A stretch of DNA of 64,000 nt. It comes from the human T2T-CHM13v2.0 reference genome, Homo sapiens. Location: the NCBI RefSeq assembly GCF_009914755.1, contig NC_060939.1. The stretch is one strand, 5' to 3'. This document shows, in pieces, positions 1 through 20,363 of this stretch (positions are counted from its first letter, which is position 1; every line of letters begins with the position of its first letter). The position numbers were made by a program, and so were the translations under genes. The notes beneath the pieces were generated by a model, which searched no databases, was not told the DNA's origin, and worked only from the letters and a program-made list of their open reading frames with translations.

Positions 1-730
1 TCTTGACTGGTTTAAACTTTTGATGTCCAGAAGGTTTTCTTCATTTGTTGTTGTGTGGAATTGGAAATATTTTCTAGCTTTTGTAAGGTTGTGGCTCATA
101 TTTATATTTCTCCTGGTTTGAAAGAAGAGAGAGAAAGAAGTATCTCAAATTGAGACTCTTAGATTGGAAATCTGAATTTATTTACACGATTGAGATTGAT
201 CTAGAGTTTTATTTTTTCTGCTGTAACTGAAATTTGGATTCAAGATTATATGTGTTTTGTGAATATGTTTGGTAACATTGTGACTTTTCTATAATTTAGG
301 GAAGTTTGATGTAGGAGAAAGAGAAAAAATTTTTGAGAGAATCCTAAATTCATATATGGCCTAACCTTTTAATATCTATGTAATTTTAGATAATAAATAA
401 TTTGTTTGAGATTATGTGGCTCTAACAACACCTGCTTCACAGTGTAATTATGAGGATTTCATAGAATTTGTATAGTGAGCGTTAGTTTTGATGTTACTTT
501 AAACCTCTTTGCCTTATACATTCTATTTTTTCCATGGAATATTATATGATTTCATGTCCACATATTAATCTCATACTTTCAATTACATTTTATGTTTAAA
601 TTGAATATTATGGTAATCGTTATGTAAATGATTAAAAATTTAAAGGGACAACATTTAATGTTGCTCTGGAATTCACTTTTAGTCATAAAATAAAGATTTA
701 AAGTATCATCTGTAGACAATGGCAAAAGGC

Positions 731-1035
731 CTTTTTTGTCATAAGAAAATCAAATATGCTTTATTTCACCCAATTAACAGTTTCTGGGCTTGGCCATCCC
801 GGGAAAACCAAAATGACCATAGGCGGTAATTCCCCAGGCCGTGTGATCTCAGTCTGGCATTCTCGGATCTCCAAGGCATCACTTTGGCCACTACCCTCTG
901 GGGCTGTGATTAGCAGCTCTCTTCCTGTTTTATGCAGCTCTGTGTGTATGTCTGCAGTGATGCCGTACTGGATCTGGTTCATCTTGAGAGAACTATACCT
1001 ATCTGAATTTTTGATGATGCTGTTTTCTTAGTTCC
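731..1035 (-). other. Candidate terminal exon or retrocopy fragment of an unidentified gene
   Basis: Minus strand: pyrimidine-rich tract plus AG (CTCACCTACCTGTTTTGCCAAG), then ~290 bp of higher-GC, coding-like sequence, AATAAA at 760-765, and a short A run ~25 nt later. Parent gene not recognised. Confidence 0.3.
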
Positions 1036-2947
1036 CTTGGCAAAACAGGTAGGTGAGGGATAGAAATAAAATCTATACTTAGTAAATCGGTGAGCCAAGG
1101 TCTGTGACTGGCAATGAGTGAATTACATTCTCCTCAGTTGGGTGCAATGTCTGCCTTCTGTGTGGCCATTTGCTGTTGCCACTAGAGAAGGAGGATGCAG
1201 CAGGGATCAGGCACCGTGGAGAAAAGTCGCCGTGTGTAGGCAGCTAAGAATGTAGGAAAATGAACATCTCGGCTCCCAAAGGACGAGAATAAAGCTGTAG
1301 AAGAATGTCAGGGAGGAATCTGAGTTGATAGTATGACTATTCATCCTTCTTCCCACATTTTCCCGACTGTTTAGCCCTACTTTTCTTCGCGTTGGGTCTC
1401 ATTTTCCTTCCTGTGTGGCCTGTGCCTTATGGTCAGCTCGGACGTCCATCAGTCTATCAAATGCCTAGAAACCTTTCGCCCTTTGTCACCTTCTGTGTCA
1501 CCCAGCATTCCCCTTCTCAGCCCTTTTCATTCTCATGGTGGAATCCTTTTGGTTTGATTTCAAGGGTCCAGCACTGTTGATGTCACAACAGAGTGGCATG
1601 GAAAGTTTCTGAAAATTTTGTCATCTAACCTCTCGTGGGGACTTTTAATTAATTCAGCTTTTGACAACTCCATCACATTCATTATATTATCCATTCATTC
1701 ATTCATTAATACATTTGACATTTATAATGTGTGCCAACAATGTGCCAGGTCAAAACTGCCCACTTACAATGTAGAACATTTCTGTAAATTTTATTTCAAT
1801 TTTCTTGTATTTCTTCTCCTTTATTCTACCATCCCACTTGATCTTCTGCCACAGAAGTTCTCTTCTCTCTCTCTTTGTTCTCTCTTCTCCTCCTTTATTC
1901 TTGATACCTGCTTCTGTGTTGGCTCCTCTAGGCCAGCACTTGTCCTCCTACCTCTGTGATGTTCTGTCTAGTTTATTGGTTCCTTTTCCTACTTTACATA
2001 ATCAATGTGGATAGTTTCTATAGTTGGGTCTTTGCTTTTTAATCTTTTTTCCTGTATATTATTTCCTTCAGGGACCTTATGCAGTCTTACACATCCGTCC
2101 ATTATTTTTATATGGATTACTATACAATTACATGTTGAATTTGTACTTTTCCCCCATATATCCTGTCATATGTTTTCACCTGAGCATCTCAATATCTAAT
2201 ACTCTTATTTGCTTAAAATACACGTGATTATTTTCTCCACCTGACATATTTTATGTTCAACTTTCTAATTTCTAAAAATGGACCTACCATTGTCCTATGT
2301 ATTCGTGCTTAAATCTTGATATTTTCTTTGAGTTCATGCTCCTTCGTATTCACTCCAGCTGTGATAAGTCACCAATCCTTTGGGTTTTTACTTACCAGTA
2401 TTTCTATTTCTGTTTCCATAGCCTTAAAGCTGGAACTGTGTAGTCCCAGTTCCTCTGTGTAGCCCCCCAAGTCTGCTCTATTTCAATCTTCTCTTAAGGG
2501 AACTCCTTCCCTCCGTTTTTCTTTTCCTCCATTTGATACATCGCATTTATAGATGGGGCATCTTCCCTAATTACTGGCTTCATCCTCAATTCCCGGGACC
2601 CATACCTTCACTGGCTCCCTAAATTTATTTAATAATTCTCATATACCTTTGAGAAGTTTCTAATGATAGGCAACAAATGAATCTTGACTACCTTTCTTAT
2701 TTTCCTTTCTTCACCAAAATGATTTTTAGGATGTAGACAATCTGTATGCTTCAACATACACCAAACTTATCATTTTTGAAATATTTTACAATCTACTTGA
2801 AAAGACTTCTTTAGACCCTATATTCATGTATTGTAATATTTATCCTCTTTTATGGCTATACTCAAATGCCACATCACTATAGTGCCTTCCCTCATCACTG
2901 TAGCTATCTCTTTTCACTCTACTTATATTGTAGAGGATTTGTTACAC

Positions 2948-3032
2948 TTCTTGAACTGCTGATCTCAAGCGATTTGCTTGCTTTGACCTCCCAAAGTGCT
3001 GGGCTGACAGGCGTGAGCCACTGCACCTGGCC
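2948..3032 (-). mobile_element. Alu 5' fragment (old, AluJ/FLAM-like)
   Basis: CTCCCAAAGTGCTGGG...GTGAGCCACTGCACCTGGCC is the reverse complement of the Alu 5' end. Confidence 0.85.
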
Positions 3033-4011
3033 TGATTTGTTCCACTTCTACTATATGCATCACACATGCCTGATGCATATTTTAATGCACGTTGGATAAG
3101 GATCGGCTTTGTACGACTTCAGTCTTTCTTGATGTGTGACACCCACTTCTATTTTGGCTCCACTTTAACAAAATGAATAAGTGAGAAGGTAATACTGGAA
3201 ACAGAACATAACTGTGACTAGGAATTTGGTCTTGACTCGCCATTTAATTTTCTGATGTGCATGACTGTTTTCTTCACATGTGAAATTTAACATGAGGTTG
3301 AAACTGGAGAATTTTATATTTTTCATGAAAAAGGCAATTTGGGAGAAAAGTCCATTTTCCTGAGGATAAGGTATTGTATGGTTTGACTGCTTTGCCTTGG
3401 CTGGTCAACACATTTGTACACCTGAATAGGCACAGTTTTCAGAAATCCTTTCAAGCATCTACCAATTCTCCTGTCTACAAATTTACCTTCCTCCCATTTC
3501 TCATTCCTAATGACAAGGGAAATATCCAGTGTTATCTGAAGTGGTCATAAAAGACTTTTTTTTTCTTTTTATGTGAGGAATTGAAACTTATGGCTTTAGA
3601 TTATGGGGCTTACCATCAAGGAAAGGGCGTAGCGTGGTCAGAGGACAAAACTTCTTCCTGCATTTCTCAGGAAGTCTTTGATTAGTGTGTCCACCTAGGA
3701 GCAATTTTTTTTTGCGGGGGGTGCTGGGAAATATACTTAAGTGATTAAATCCAAGTGTAGACATGAGAGCTTTACCTAAAGCCAGGTCTAATTACCATAC
3801 CTGAGAATCAGGGAGTATTTAAAATTTGAGAAATAATTTTCTATACTTGAAAGTCACTTATGTAGGTAGCCCTCAGATTATAATAAATAACGTTTATTGT
3901 GCTATACTATGTGGTAGGTATGAGGTTAAGTATTTTTACCTATATTATATCACTTATTTCTTACAAATGGAGCAAGGGAGCAAGCAAGCAAGGGAGGTAT
4001 TATTATCCCTA

Positions 4012-4380
4012 TTTTATGTATTTATGTATTTATTTTTGATTTCTATTCTTTTGGTTTTTTTGTTGTTTTTTATTGATGTATCATAGTTGTACATGTTTTG
4101 GGGTACATGTGATATTTTTGATACATGTATACAATGTGTAATGATCAAATCAGAGTAATTTGGATATTCATCACCTCGAATATTTATCTTTTCTTTGTGT
4201 TGGGAACATTATAATTTTTCTCTGCTAGCTATTTTAGAATATATAATAAATTATTGTTCCCTATGATTTCTCCATTGTACAATTGAATACTAGAATTTAT
4301 TATGTCTATCTACATATCCCCAGTTCAATAACTATAATTTCTCTGCTGTGCAATCAAATACTAGAACTTCTTCCTTTGAA
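4012..4380 (-). mobile_element. L1MA-type 3' end inserted in a MIR
   Basis: T-rich tail followed by GGGTACATGTGATATTTTTGATACATG...AATGATCAAATCAG. Flanks read as MIR core (TATTATCCC...AAACTGAAGCTCAG). Confidence 0.65.
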
Positions 4381-4477
4381 CGCTATATCCCTAATTCAAT
4401 AACAAGTAAACTGAAGCTCAGCATGGTCTAGGAACTTTGTTACGTTAACACAGCAAGTGAGTGTTGCAGCCTGGATC

Positions 4478-4640
4478 CAAAAATCAGGCCTGGTCGACCT
4501 CAAAGTCCAGATTATTGACCTTTCTACCATAATGTATGGAGGTAAGTTTGTGAATTTATTCAAAAATCAGGCCTGGTCAACCTCAAAGTCCAAATTATTA
4601 ACCTTTCTACCATAATGTATGGAGCTAAGTTTGTGAATTT
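4478..4640. repeat. Tandem duplication, 83 bp x2
   Basis: CAAAAATCAGGCCTGGTC...AAGTTTGTGAATTT at 4478 and 4561, about 4 mismatches. Confidence 0.9.
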
Positions 4641-5085
4641 TCATAGTTTTAGGATTTGAAGATAAAAGAGGTGAAAATTTGGAAACGGTTTCTGGACTTT
4701 TGAATTTTGGCAAACAGCTATGTGATAAGTCCACCCTGCAGACCCACAACTTTTGGAAATAACTCTACTGTGACCTTCAGTAGCAGAAGCTGCTCCTGGG
4801 GTGGTAGAACACAAGGAAAACACACACTAGTAAAAATTTCATGTGGCTTCTTTGTTCTGTACATGTGTTTCTCTTGATTAGTATATGGTAGTATCCTCAA
4901 ATCATAGTAACAAGTATACTTTTTCCAGTGAATTGCATGTGTATATTATTGTATAGTATAAAAGGCAATATTTCCATTTATTATCATCTGTGCTTTTCAA
5001 AGAAACTCTGTGAGTCCAACAGGGCAGATAATAGAAGCAACTGCCCTTTCTCTCCCCCGTTAAATGCAACCCAATGTCACAGTCC

Positions 5086-5177
5086 GTAGCATCCCCAGAT
5101 GAGTGTATTAAAGGTGAGAAATTCCCAAAGTCAAACTCAGTAGCATCCTTGAATGAGTGTATTAAAGGTGATAAATT
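5086..5177. repeat. Degenerate tandem duplication, 54-bp period
   Basis: GTAGCATCC...ATGAGTGTATTAAAGGTGA(G/T)AAATT at 5086 and 5140. Confidence 0.8.
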
Positions 5178-8100
5178 TATTTTATTTATGTTCTTTTTAA
5201 CCTGTGTTCTCAGAAACAGAGACTACTGTATTTCATCCTACCTTAGTCTTGCTTAGCAGTTTCTCTTCTCCTTTGAGGCTCTTTTATTTTTAAATCATTA
5301 TTTATATCTTCTAATTTCCCCTTTCTCCCATTCTTCCCATATTTTTAATCTTTTTTTAACTTTATCTCTCTTCTACTTTTTCTGTATTTCAAATTGATCC
5401 ATAGACTTTAGAAAAATGAGTTGAATGCTGGCTGTAGGCTGTCTTATCCCCAGCAAGAAACATGTTGTAAAGTCTTAGTACCTTCCCACTGGAAGATCAT
5501 TAGTCATGGCTACTATGTTTTTAAATGAGAATTGTTTTAATTATGCATTTTAAAATTATTGGAAAACATGAGGGAGAGGAATGAACCATAAGTAATAAAG
5601 ATTATTGACTTGAAGTTAAGACCTTACTATGATCTGGGATTATTAGTCTTACTTGTCAATCAAGAACTATCCACTTTCTATTTGTTTGTGGGTATCTAAT
5701 ATGGTTATATACACAGAAGTAATGATAATTGATATGAAAAGGTCTCCTCCTGTTATATCAATTTAGGTATTTTTCACACATTGTGTACCTCATTCTTCTC
5801 CTATTCAATTTTCACTAATTCCTAAAGGGTCAGGTCAATGTCCTTGGCATAACCTCCTCCACCTGTTCTTAATGGCAATTGTATCTTCTGCCCTCCAATA
5901 TCTATAACACTTTTTTCTTTAAAACTCTTTGAATGTTTATCTTAATACTCATTTGATATATATTGTATACCACATATGATTGTTTGTTATATGTACAATA
6001 CATGTTTTTTCAACTTTTTTTGGTTCTTTCCATTTACAGGAATTAGAGAAAGAACTAATCAGTGTGAAGGAGAATTGTCAGTAAAATTACAAGAAAAGAT
6101 TGAGATCATAATTGACCTTTGAGGATAATAAAATTTAAAGACCAAAAGGATGGACTTCACAGAAACATGAACTTAGGTTGTTTTTGCAGTTGTAGTAACT
6201 GGTTATATGACCAACAAAATATGAAGAATGGGTACAAATTCTGATAGTAATGATCAGTCACTTTGCAAATATAAAGTTACTATTTACTACTGTATTGTAC
6301 AGGTTCAATAATCTTTGTGTACACATTTTATGTATTTATTGTCAGGCTGCTATATAATTCAGTATTTATAATAGATACTATGTATAGCAATCTATGGTTA
6401 GTTTTGGTCTTAACCAGGAAAAATCACTCTTTTGAGTTTTGCTGTTTTTACCAGATTATTTTTACTGGATGATTGCTCATATTATTTGATTATTATTGCA
6501 ATTTGTCTTTCTGGAATAGGAAGCAAGAGGCCTGAATTCTGGTTCCTATTCTATCAATTGTGTGAATTCTGGAAACTCAGTTTACTTTTCTGGGCCTCAT
6601 GTTTTTCATCTGAATGATGACCAACTTGGATTAAATGGTTTTTATATAATTCCGTAGGCATTTCCCTTCCCAAGGGCTTGAGTCTTTTTCAACAGTTATA
6701 GAGTTTTCCGGTCCCTCTTCCCAGTGCCTCGGCACCTTGCTATTCATGTTCATCTGATCAGTTGTTTGCACGCTGACTTACATTACCCTGATGGGCAGTA
6801 CCTGTGGCTGTTTCTGCTCCCTCACCCAGTCCATAGGCTTCTGGTTGTAAAAAGTGTGCATCTTGAGACTGTGGACAGTTAGCTCCAGAGGTGACAGTAT
6901 AATCACTTCACGTAGAAGAGGATAGAGAGAGACTCATGCCAGTGGTGGTGAGCAAGTATTAGAGAGATGATGTGTGCCTCTGTGAGTTTTGGGGTCTAAG
7001 ATAAATTATGGCACTAGGAAGATGGTCCTTTGTGTCAGAAGAACTGGAGTTGTTGGTGCAAAAAAGTATGATGTCAGCATAGCAGTTTTATTTGTACCTC
7101 AGCAACTTCTAAAATAATCTCTATTAAGTGTTTTCAGGAACTACTTTCTACTATAGGAAAATGATTGAGGTGAGTATCCATCTGGACACAGAGAAATATA
7201 ACACTGTTTTCTGCTCACCGTCCACTTCACATATAAATACAATATGTGTTAAAGGACTAAATTTCTAGTGTCACAGTTTGTACTTTATAGTTTGAAGTCA
7301 ATAAGAAAGCTCATATACCTTCCTAAAAGTCACTTGTTAATGTTTGATATTAATCTAATTTTATCATAAATTAAAAGTATAAAACTACAAATTTCTTAAA
7401 GATAAAATATCCAAATGGATTCAGTCAAATTAAGCATGATAATATCAAATATCAGAATAGGTTACCATGCAGGAGGTACTGAGTACTTAAAAGGGTGGGG
7501 AATGCAATGAACATAAAAGCTGGTACCAAGGGGAGGAGGAGACAGTGATGAATTAAAACATTATCTTAACTAATCCAAGTGCTGGTCTTCAATACTTTCA
7601 TGTGTATAGACAAAGAGAAACTGCAGAGATTTCTCACAACCTCTGTGGCCATTTTATGCATGTATCTTAGCAGAAACACTGGTGAAATCCCTCCAAAACA
7701 TATTTATTAGGCATGGAAAAAGCCTTACATGACAGGTGGCATAGGCTCCTTATGAAATCATTGCAGGATGGGAAGCCATTTAGGGCTTTGTAATTGTGAA
7801 AGATTTATAGAAACTGAGGCACTTAAATAGCAGTAAGCATGAGAAAATGTGGTAGATAATGGTGGTGATTCTATTTCTTGTGAAAGTCCACTTACTCTGT
7901 TCTGCTACAGTTGTGGGCTTTCCGATTTCACATACCCCGGTCTCTATATTCTCTCAATCCACAGCCTACCTCAACTAAGTCCGTCCCAGGCACCTCTTAC
8001 TGCAGTGATAATCCATCTGTTAATCATGTTTTCCTCTTATGTCTACTTTCTGTCAGAGAATTGTGGGTGCAAACTGGGAAGGGAAGGAAATTATAAGAAT

Positions 8101-8466
8101 ATGTATAAGTACAAATGGAATATGTTGGAAATGAGGAATAGTTAATATCACAGGTCATTTAAACACCTGATGAATTTCATGGATAGTCAGGAATCTTGTT
8201 CTTACCTAATCTGTTAATTTTAGATCAGACATTACACTGAAAGTATTGATGATGGGTTTAAATCAGGTTGCAGCTCACATGTTGTGATAATATTATGTTG
8301 ATTTTTTGTTTTTAATATGTGAGGAACAGAATAACTGTATACTATTTATTCATAGTGACATTGCAATATTAATGATTTTAGTACATATTATTATCTTCAT
8401 AATCACAATTTCCTCCCCATTTTCTTAGTTCTCATAATTTTAGCCACAGCCCAGTTGGCTGGACCA

Positions 8467-9404
8467 ATGGATGGAGAGAATCACTCAGTGGTATCTGAGT
8501 TTTTGTTTCTGGGACTCACTCATTCATGGGAGATCCAGCTCCTCCTCCTAGTGTTTTCCTCTGTGCTCTATGTGGCAAGCATTACTGGAAACATCCTCAT
8601 TGTGTTTTCTGTGACCACTGACCCTCACTTACACTCCCCCATGTACTTTCTACTGGCCAGTCTCTCCTTCATTGACTTAGGAGCCTGCTCTGTCACTTCT
8701 CCCAAGACGATTTATGACCTGTTCAGAAAGCGCAAAGTCATCTCCTTTGGAGGCTGCATCGCTCAAATCTTCTTCATCCACGTCATTGGTGGTGTGGAGA
8801 TGGTGCTGCTCATAGCCATGGCCTTTGACAGATATGTGGCCCTATTAAGCCCCTCCACTATCTGACCATTATGAGCCCAAGAATGTGCCTTTCATTTCTG
8901 GCTGTTGCCTGGACCCTTGGTGTCAGTCACTCCCTGTTCCAACTGGCATTTCTTGTTAATTTACCCTTCTGTGGCCCTAATGTGTTGGACAGCTTCTACT
9001 GTGACCTTCCTCGGCTTCTCAGACTAGCCTGTACCGACACCTACAGATTGCAGTTCACGGTCACTGTTAACAGTGGGTTTATCTGTGTGGGTACTTTCTT
9101 CATACTTCTAATCTCCTACGTCTTCATCCTGTTTACTGTTTGGAAACATTCCTCAGGTGGTTCATCCAAGGCCCTTTCCACTCTTTCAGCTCACAGCACA
9201 GTGGTCCTTTTGTTCTTTGGTCCACCCATGTTTGTGTATACACGGCCACACCCTAATTCACAGATGGACAAGTTTCTGGCTATTTTTGATGCAGTTCTCA
9301 CTCCTTTTCTGAATCCAGTTGTCTATACATTCAGGAATAAGGAGATGAAGGCAGCAATAAAGAGAGTATGCAAACAGCTAGTGATTTACAAGAAGATCTC
9401 ATAA
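8467..9404 (+). pseudogene. OR4F28P: Olfactory receptor family 4F pseudogene (OR4F3/16/29-like), single -1 frameshift
   Basis: [12 protein letters not shown]...LHSPMYF...MAFDRYVAL, then frameshift (CTA T-T AAG; G missing at 8845/8846). Second frame has KALSTLSAH and [12 protein letters not shown]. Length 938 nt. The symbol is inferred from gene order, not verified. Confidence 0.9.
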
Positions 9405-9609
9405 ATGATATAATAAGCCCTTCTCATTAAACATGATATGGCTTTATGTTTCTTTCTTTGATATTTTAGATTCAGGAACTATGAGACATTATGTATTGAT
9501 TTGAATGTTATTAGACCTGTAACATAATTCTTAACTGATGAATATATGATGAATATATTCCTTGTTCAAAATGAGTCATAAATTCAACACATCTCTACAT
9601 CTATATTAT

Positions 9610-10240
9610 GCCCATTTAATTTCTTTCAGCAATGTTTTGTAGTTTTTGGTGAACAGGTACTTTATGCATATGTACTTTATATTTATCTCTAAGTTTTATA
9701 TTTCTGATGCCCTTTTAAGTGACATTTTTATTTCAATTTACAATTGTTTATTCTTAGCTTATGGGCACATAATAGATCTTTGTTTGACATTATATCCTGT
9801 AAACTTGCAAAACTTATTAGTTCCATCAGTTTTTTATAGGTTATGTAGGATTTTCTTTATAGATGATTATGTTGGCAGTGAATAAAGACATTTGCTTTTA
9901 AAATTCTAGTATGAATTCACTATATTCATTTTGTTGAATGCTGAGTAGAATTAGAGCAGACATCTTTGACTTGTTCCTGTTATGAAATATATTAAATATT
10001 TCATCATTAAGTATAATGTTAGCTATAATTTTTTTCATAGGTACTCTTTAACAGGCTGAGAAAGTTTTCTGTATTCACAGTTTGCTGAAAATTTCTTTTA
10101 TCTTTAGTCAGGAATGGATCTTGGATTTTGTAAAGCTTTTTCGTTTCAGAATCAGGGTAATGCTGGCCCTTTAGAATGAGTTGGGAAGCATCTGCTCTTC
10201 TTAAATTTTCTGCCATAATTTTGTAGAATTCATATAATTT
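9610..10240 (-). mobile_element. Old L1M ORF2 fragment
   Basis: Degenerate antisense L1 phrases, e.g. CAGGGTAATGCTGGCCCTTTAGAATGAGTTGGGAAG. Confidence 0.65.
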
Positions 10241-10330
10241 TTTTCTTTAAAAAGGGAAGTACTTAAGTATTTTCTCCCATAAGTTACCCATAAGTAAATC
10301 TAAAGGAAAGTGGGAAACTTTGATACGCAT

Positions 10331-10350
10331 TGGTTGCCCCCTGGTGGAGA
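10331..10350 (-). promoter_or_regulatory. Candidate CTCF site
   Basis: Reverse complement TCTCCACCAGGGGGCAACC contains the core consensus CCACCAGGGGGCA (10335-10347). Confidence 0.65.
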
Positions 10351-10524
10351 TTTCTGGGTTCTTGATTATTTTAACACTGGAGATAGAATCTGGTGGAATG
10401 ATGTCAATGCTACCGTGATTAAGAGGCGTGTAGGAAATGCTTCATGTAAGAGAGAAAATAGTCTTTATGAGAATCTGCCTGGTGGAAAGGAGTTGGTGCA
10501 ACAACAATATAAATTAGTGAAAAA

Positions 10525-12032
10525 TTTTAAATTGACAAATAATAATTGTATCTATTTATGGGGTACAATGTAATGTTTTGATACATGTTTAAATTGTGGA
10601 AAGATTAGGTCTATCTTATTGACATACATATCTTTTTTGTGGTGAAAACATTTAAAATCTACTCTGTTAGTCATTTTGAAACATACAATACCTTGTTATT
10701 TATTACAGTCACCATTCTGTGCAATAGTTCACTGAAACTTTGTCTAACTGAAACTTTGAACCCTTTTATCAACATCTACCTTTTCCATGTCTATCCCCAA
10801 CTCCTAGCCTCTGATAATCACCATTCCATTCTCTACTTCTATGAATTCAACTTTTTTAGATTCCACATATCAGTGAGATCATGTGATATTTGTCTTTTCA
10901 TGCCTGGCTTATTTCACTTAGCATGATATCTTCTGGGTTAATTCATGTTGTCACATATATCAGGTTTTCCTTCCTATTAAGGCTGAGTAGTATTCCATTG
11001 TATATATACACTACATTTTCTTCATCCATTTGTCAGTTGATAGACACCTGTGTTGATTTCATATTTGGGTATTGTGAATAATGCTGCAATGAACATGAGC
11101 CTGGAGATATCTCTTCAGCATATTGACTTAAATTCCTTTGGATATATACAAGGAAGTGGGATTGCTGGATCATATAGTAATTCTAGTTTTAGTTTTTTGA
11201 GTAACTTTTATCTATTTTTCATAATAGTATTAATTTACATTTCCACCAACAGTGTACGAGGGTTCCCTTTTCTCTGTATCCTCTTCAACACTTGTCATCT
11301 TTTATGATTTTGATAGTAGCCATTCTAACAGGTATGAAGTGGCATCTCACTGTCATTTTAATTTGCATTTCCCTGATAATTAGGATGACAAACTTTTTTT
11401 ATGTTAGTCATTTGTATTTTTTTTGAGAAATGTCTATTTAGGACCTTGCCCATTTTTTGACTTGGTTATTTGTTTTCTTGATATTGAGTTGAGTCCCTTA
11501 TATATTTGGAGATTAGCCTTTCATCAGATGTATGCTCTGCAAATATTTTCTCACAACTTGTAGGTTGTCTCTTCACCATATTGTTTCCTTTGCTGTGCAG
11601 AAGCTTTTTAGTTTGATGCAATCCCATATATTTTTGCTTTTGTTGCCTGTGCTTTGGGGGTTATATCCAAGAAATCTTTGACCAAACCAACATTGTGGAA
11701 CTTTTCCCCTATGTTTTCATCTAGTAGTTTTACAGTTTTATGTTTAAACCTTTAATCCATTTTGAATTGATTTTTGTGTATGGTGTGAGATAAGGATACA
11801 CACCATACACATTCGTGTTCTTCTGCATGTGGATATCTAGTTTTCTTAACACCATTTATTGAAACAAATGTCTATACTTCATTACGTTTTCTGGGCACCT
11901 TTGTCAAAAATTTATTGGTCATAAATGCATGAGTTTATTTCTGGGCTCCTTATTCTGTTCCCCTGGTCAATGTGTCTGTTTTTGTGCAAGTGTCATGTTG
12001 TTTTGATTACTATGGTTTTGTGATACGTATTT
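10525..12032 (-). mobile_element. L1MA-type element, 3' part (continues at 20364)
   Basis: L1MA 3'UTR and ORF2 end in antisense. It breaks at TTTTGATTACTATGGTTTTGTGATAC and resumes in register at 20364. Confidence 0.85.

Positions 12033-20363
<8,331 letters not shown>

Noticed and set aside
1392-8145. Numerous 60-110 aa ORFs
   Set aside because: Many have non-ATG starts, their composition reflects AT-rich background, and there are no recognisable domains.
8455-8466. ORF-track start MAGP for the OR pseudogene
   Set aside because: The codon at 8455 is TTG; the family-consistent ATG is at 8467.
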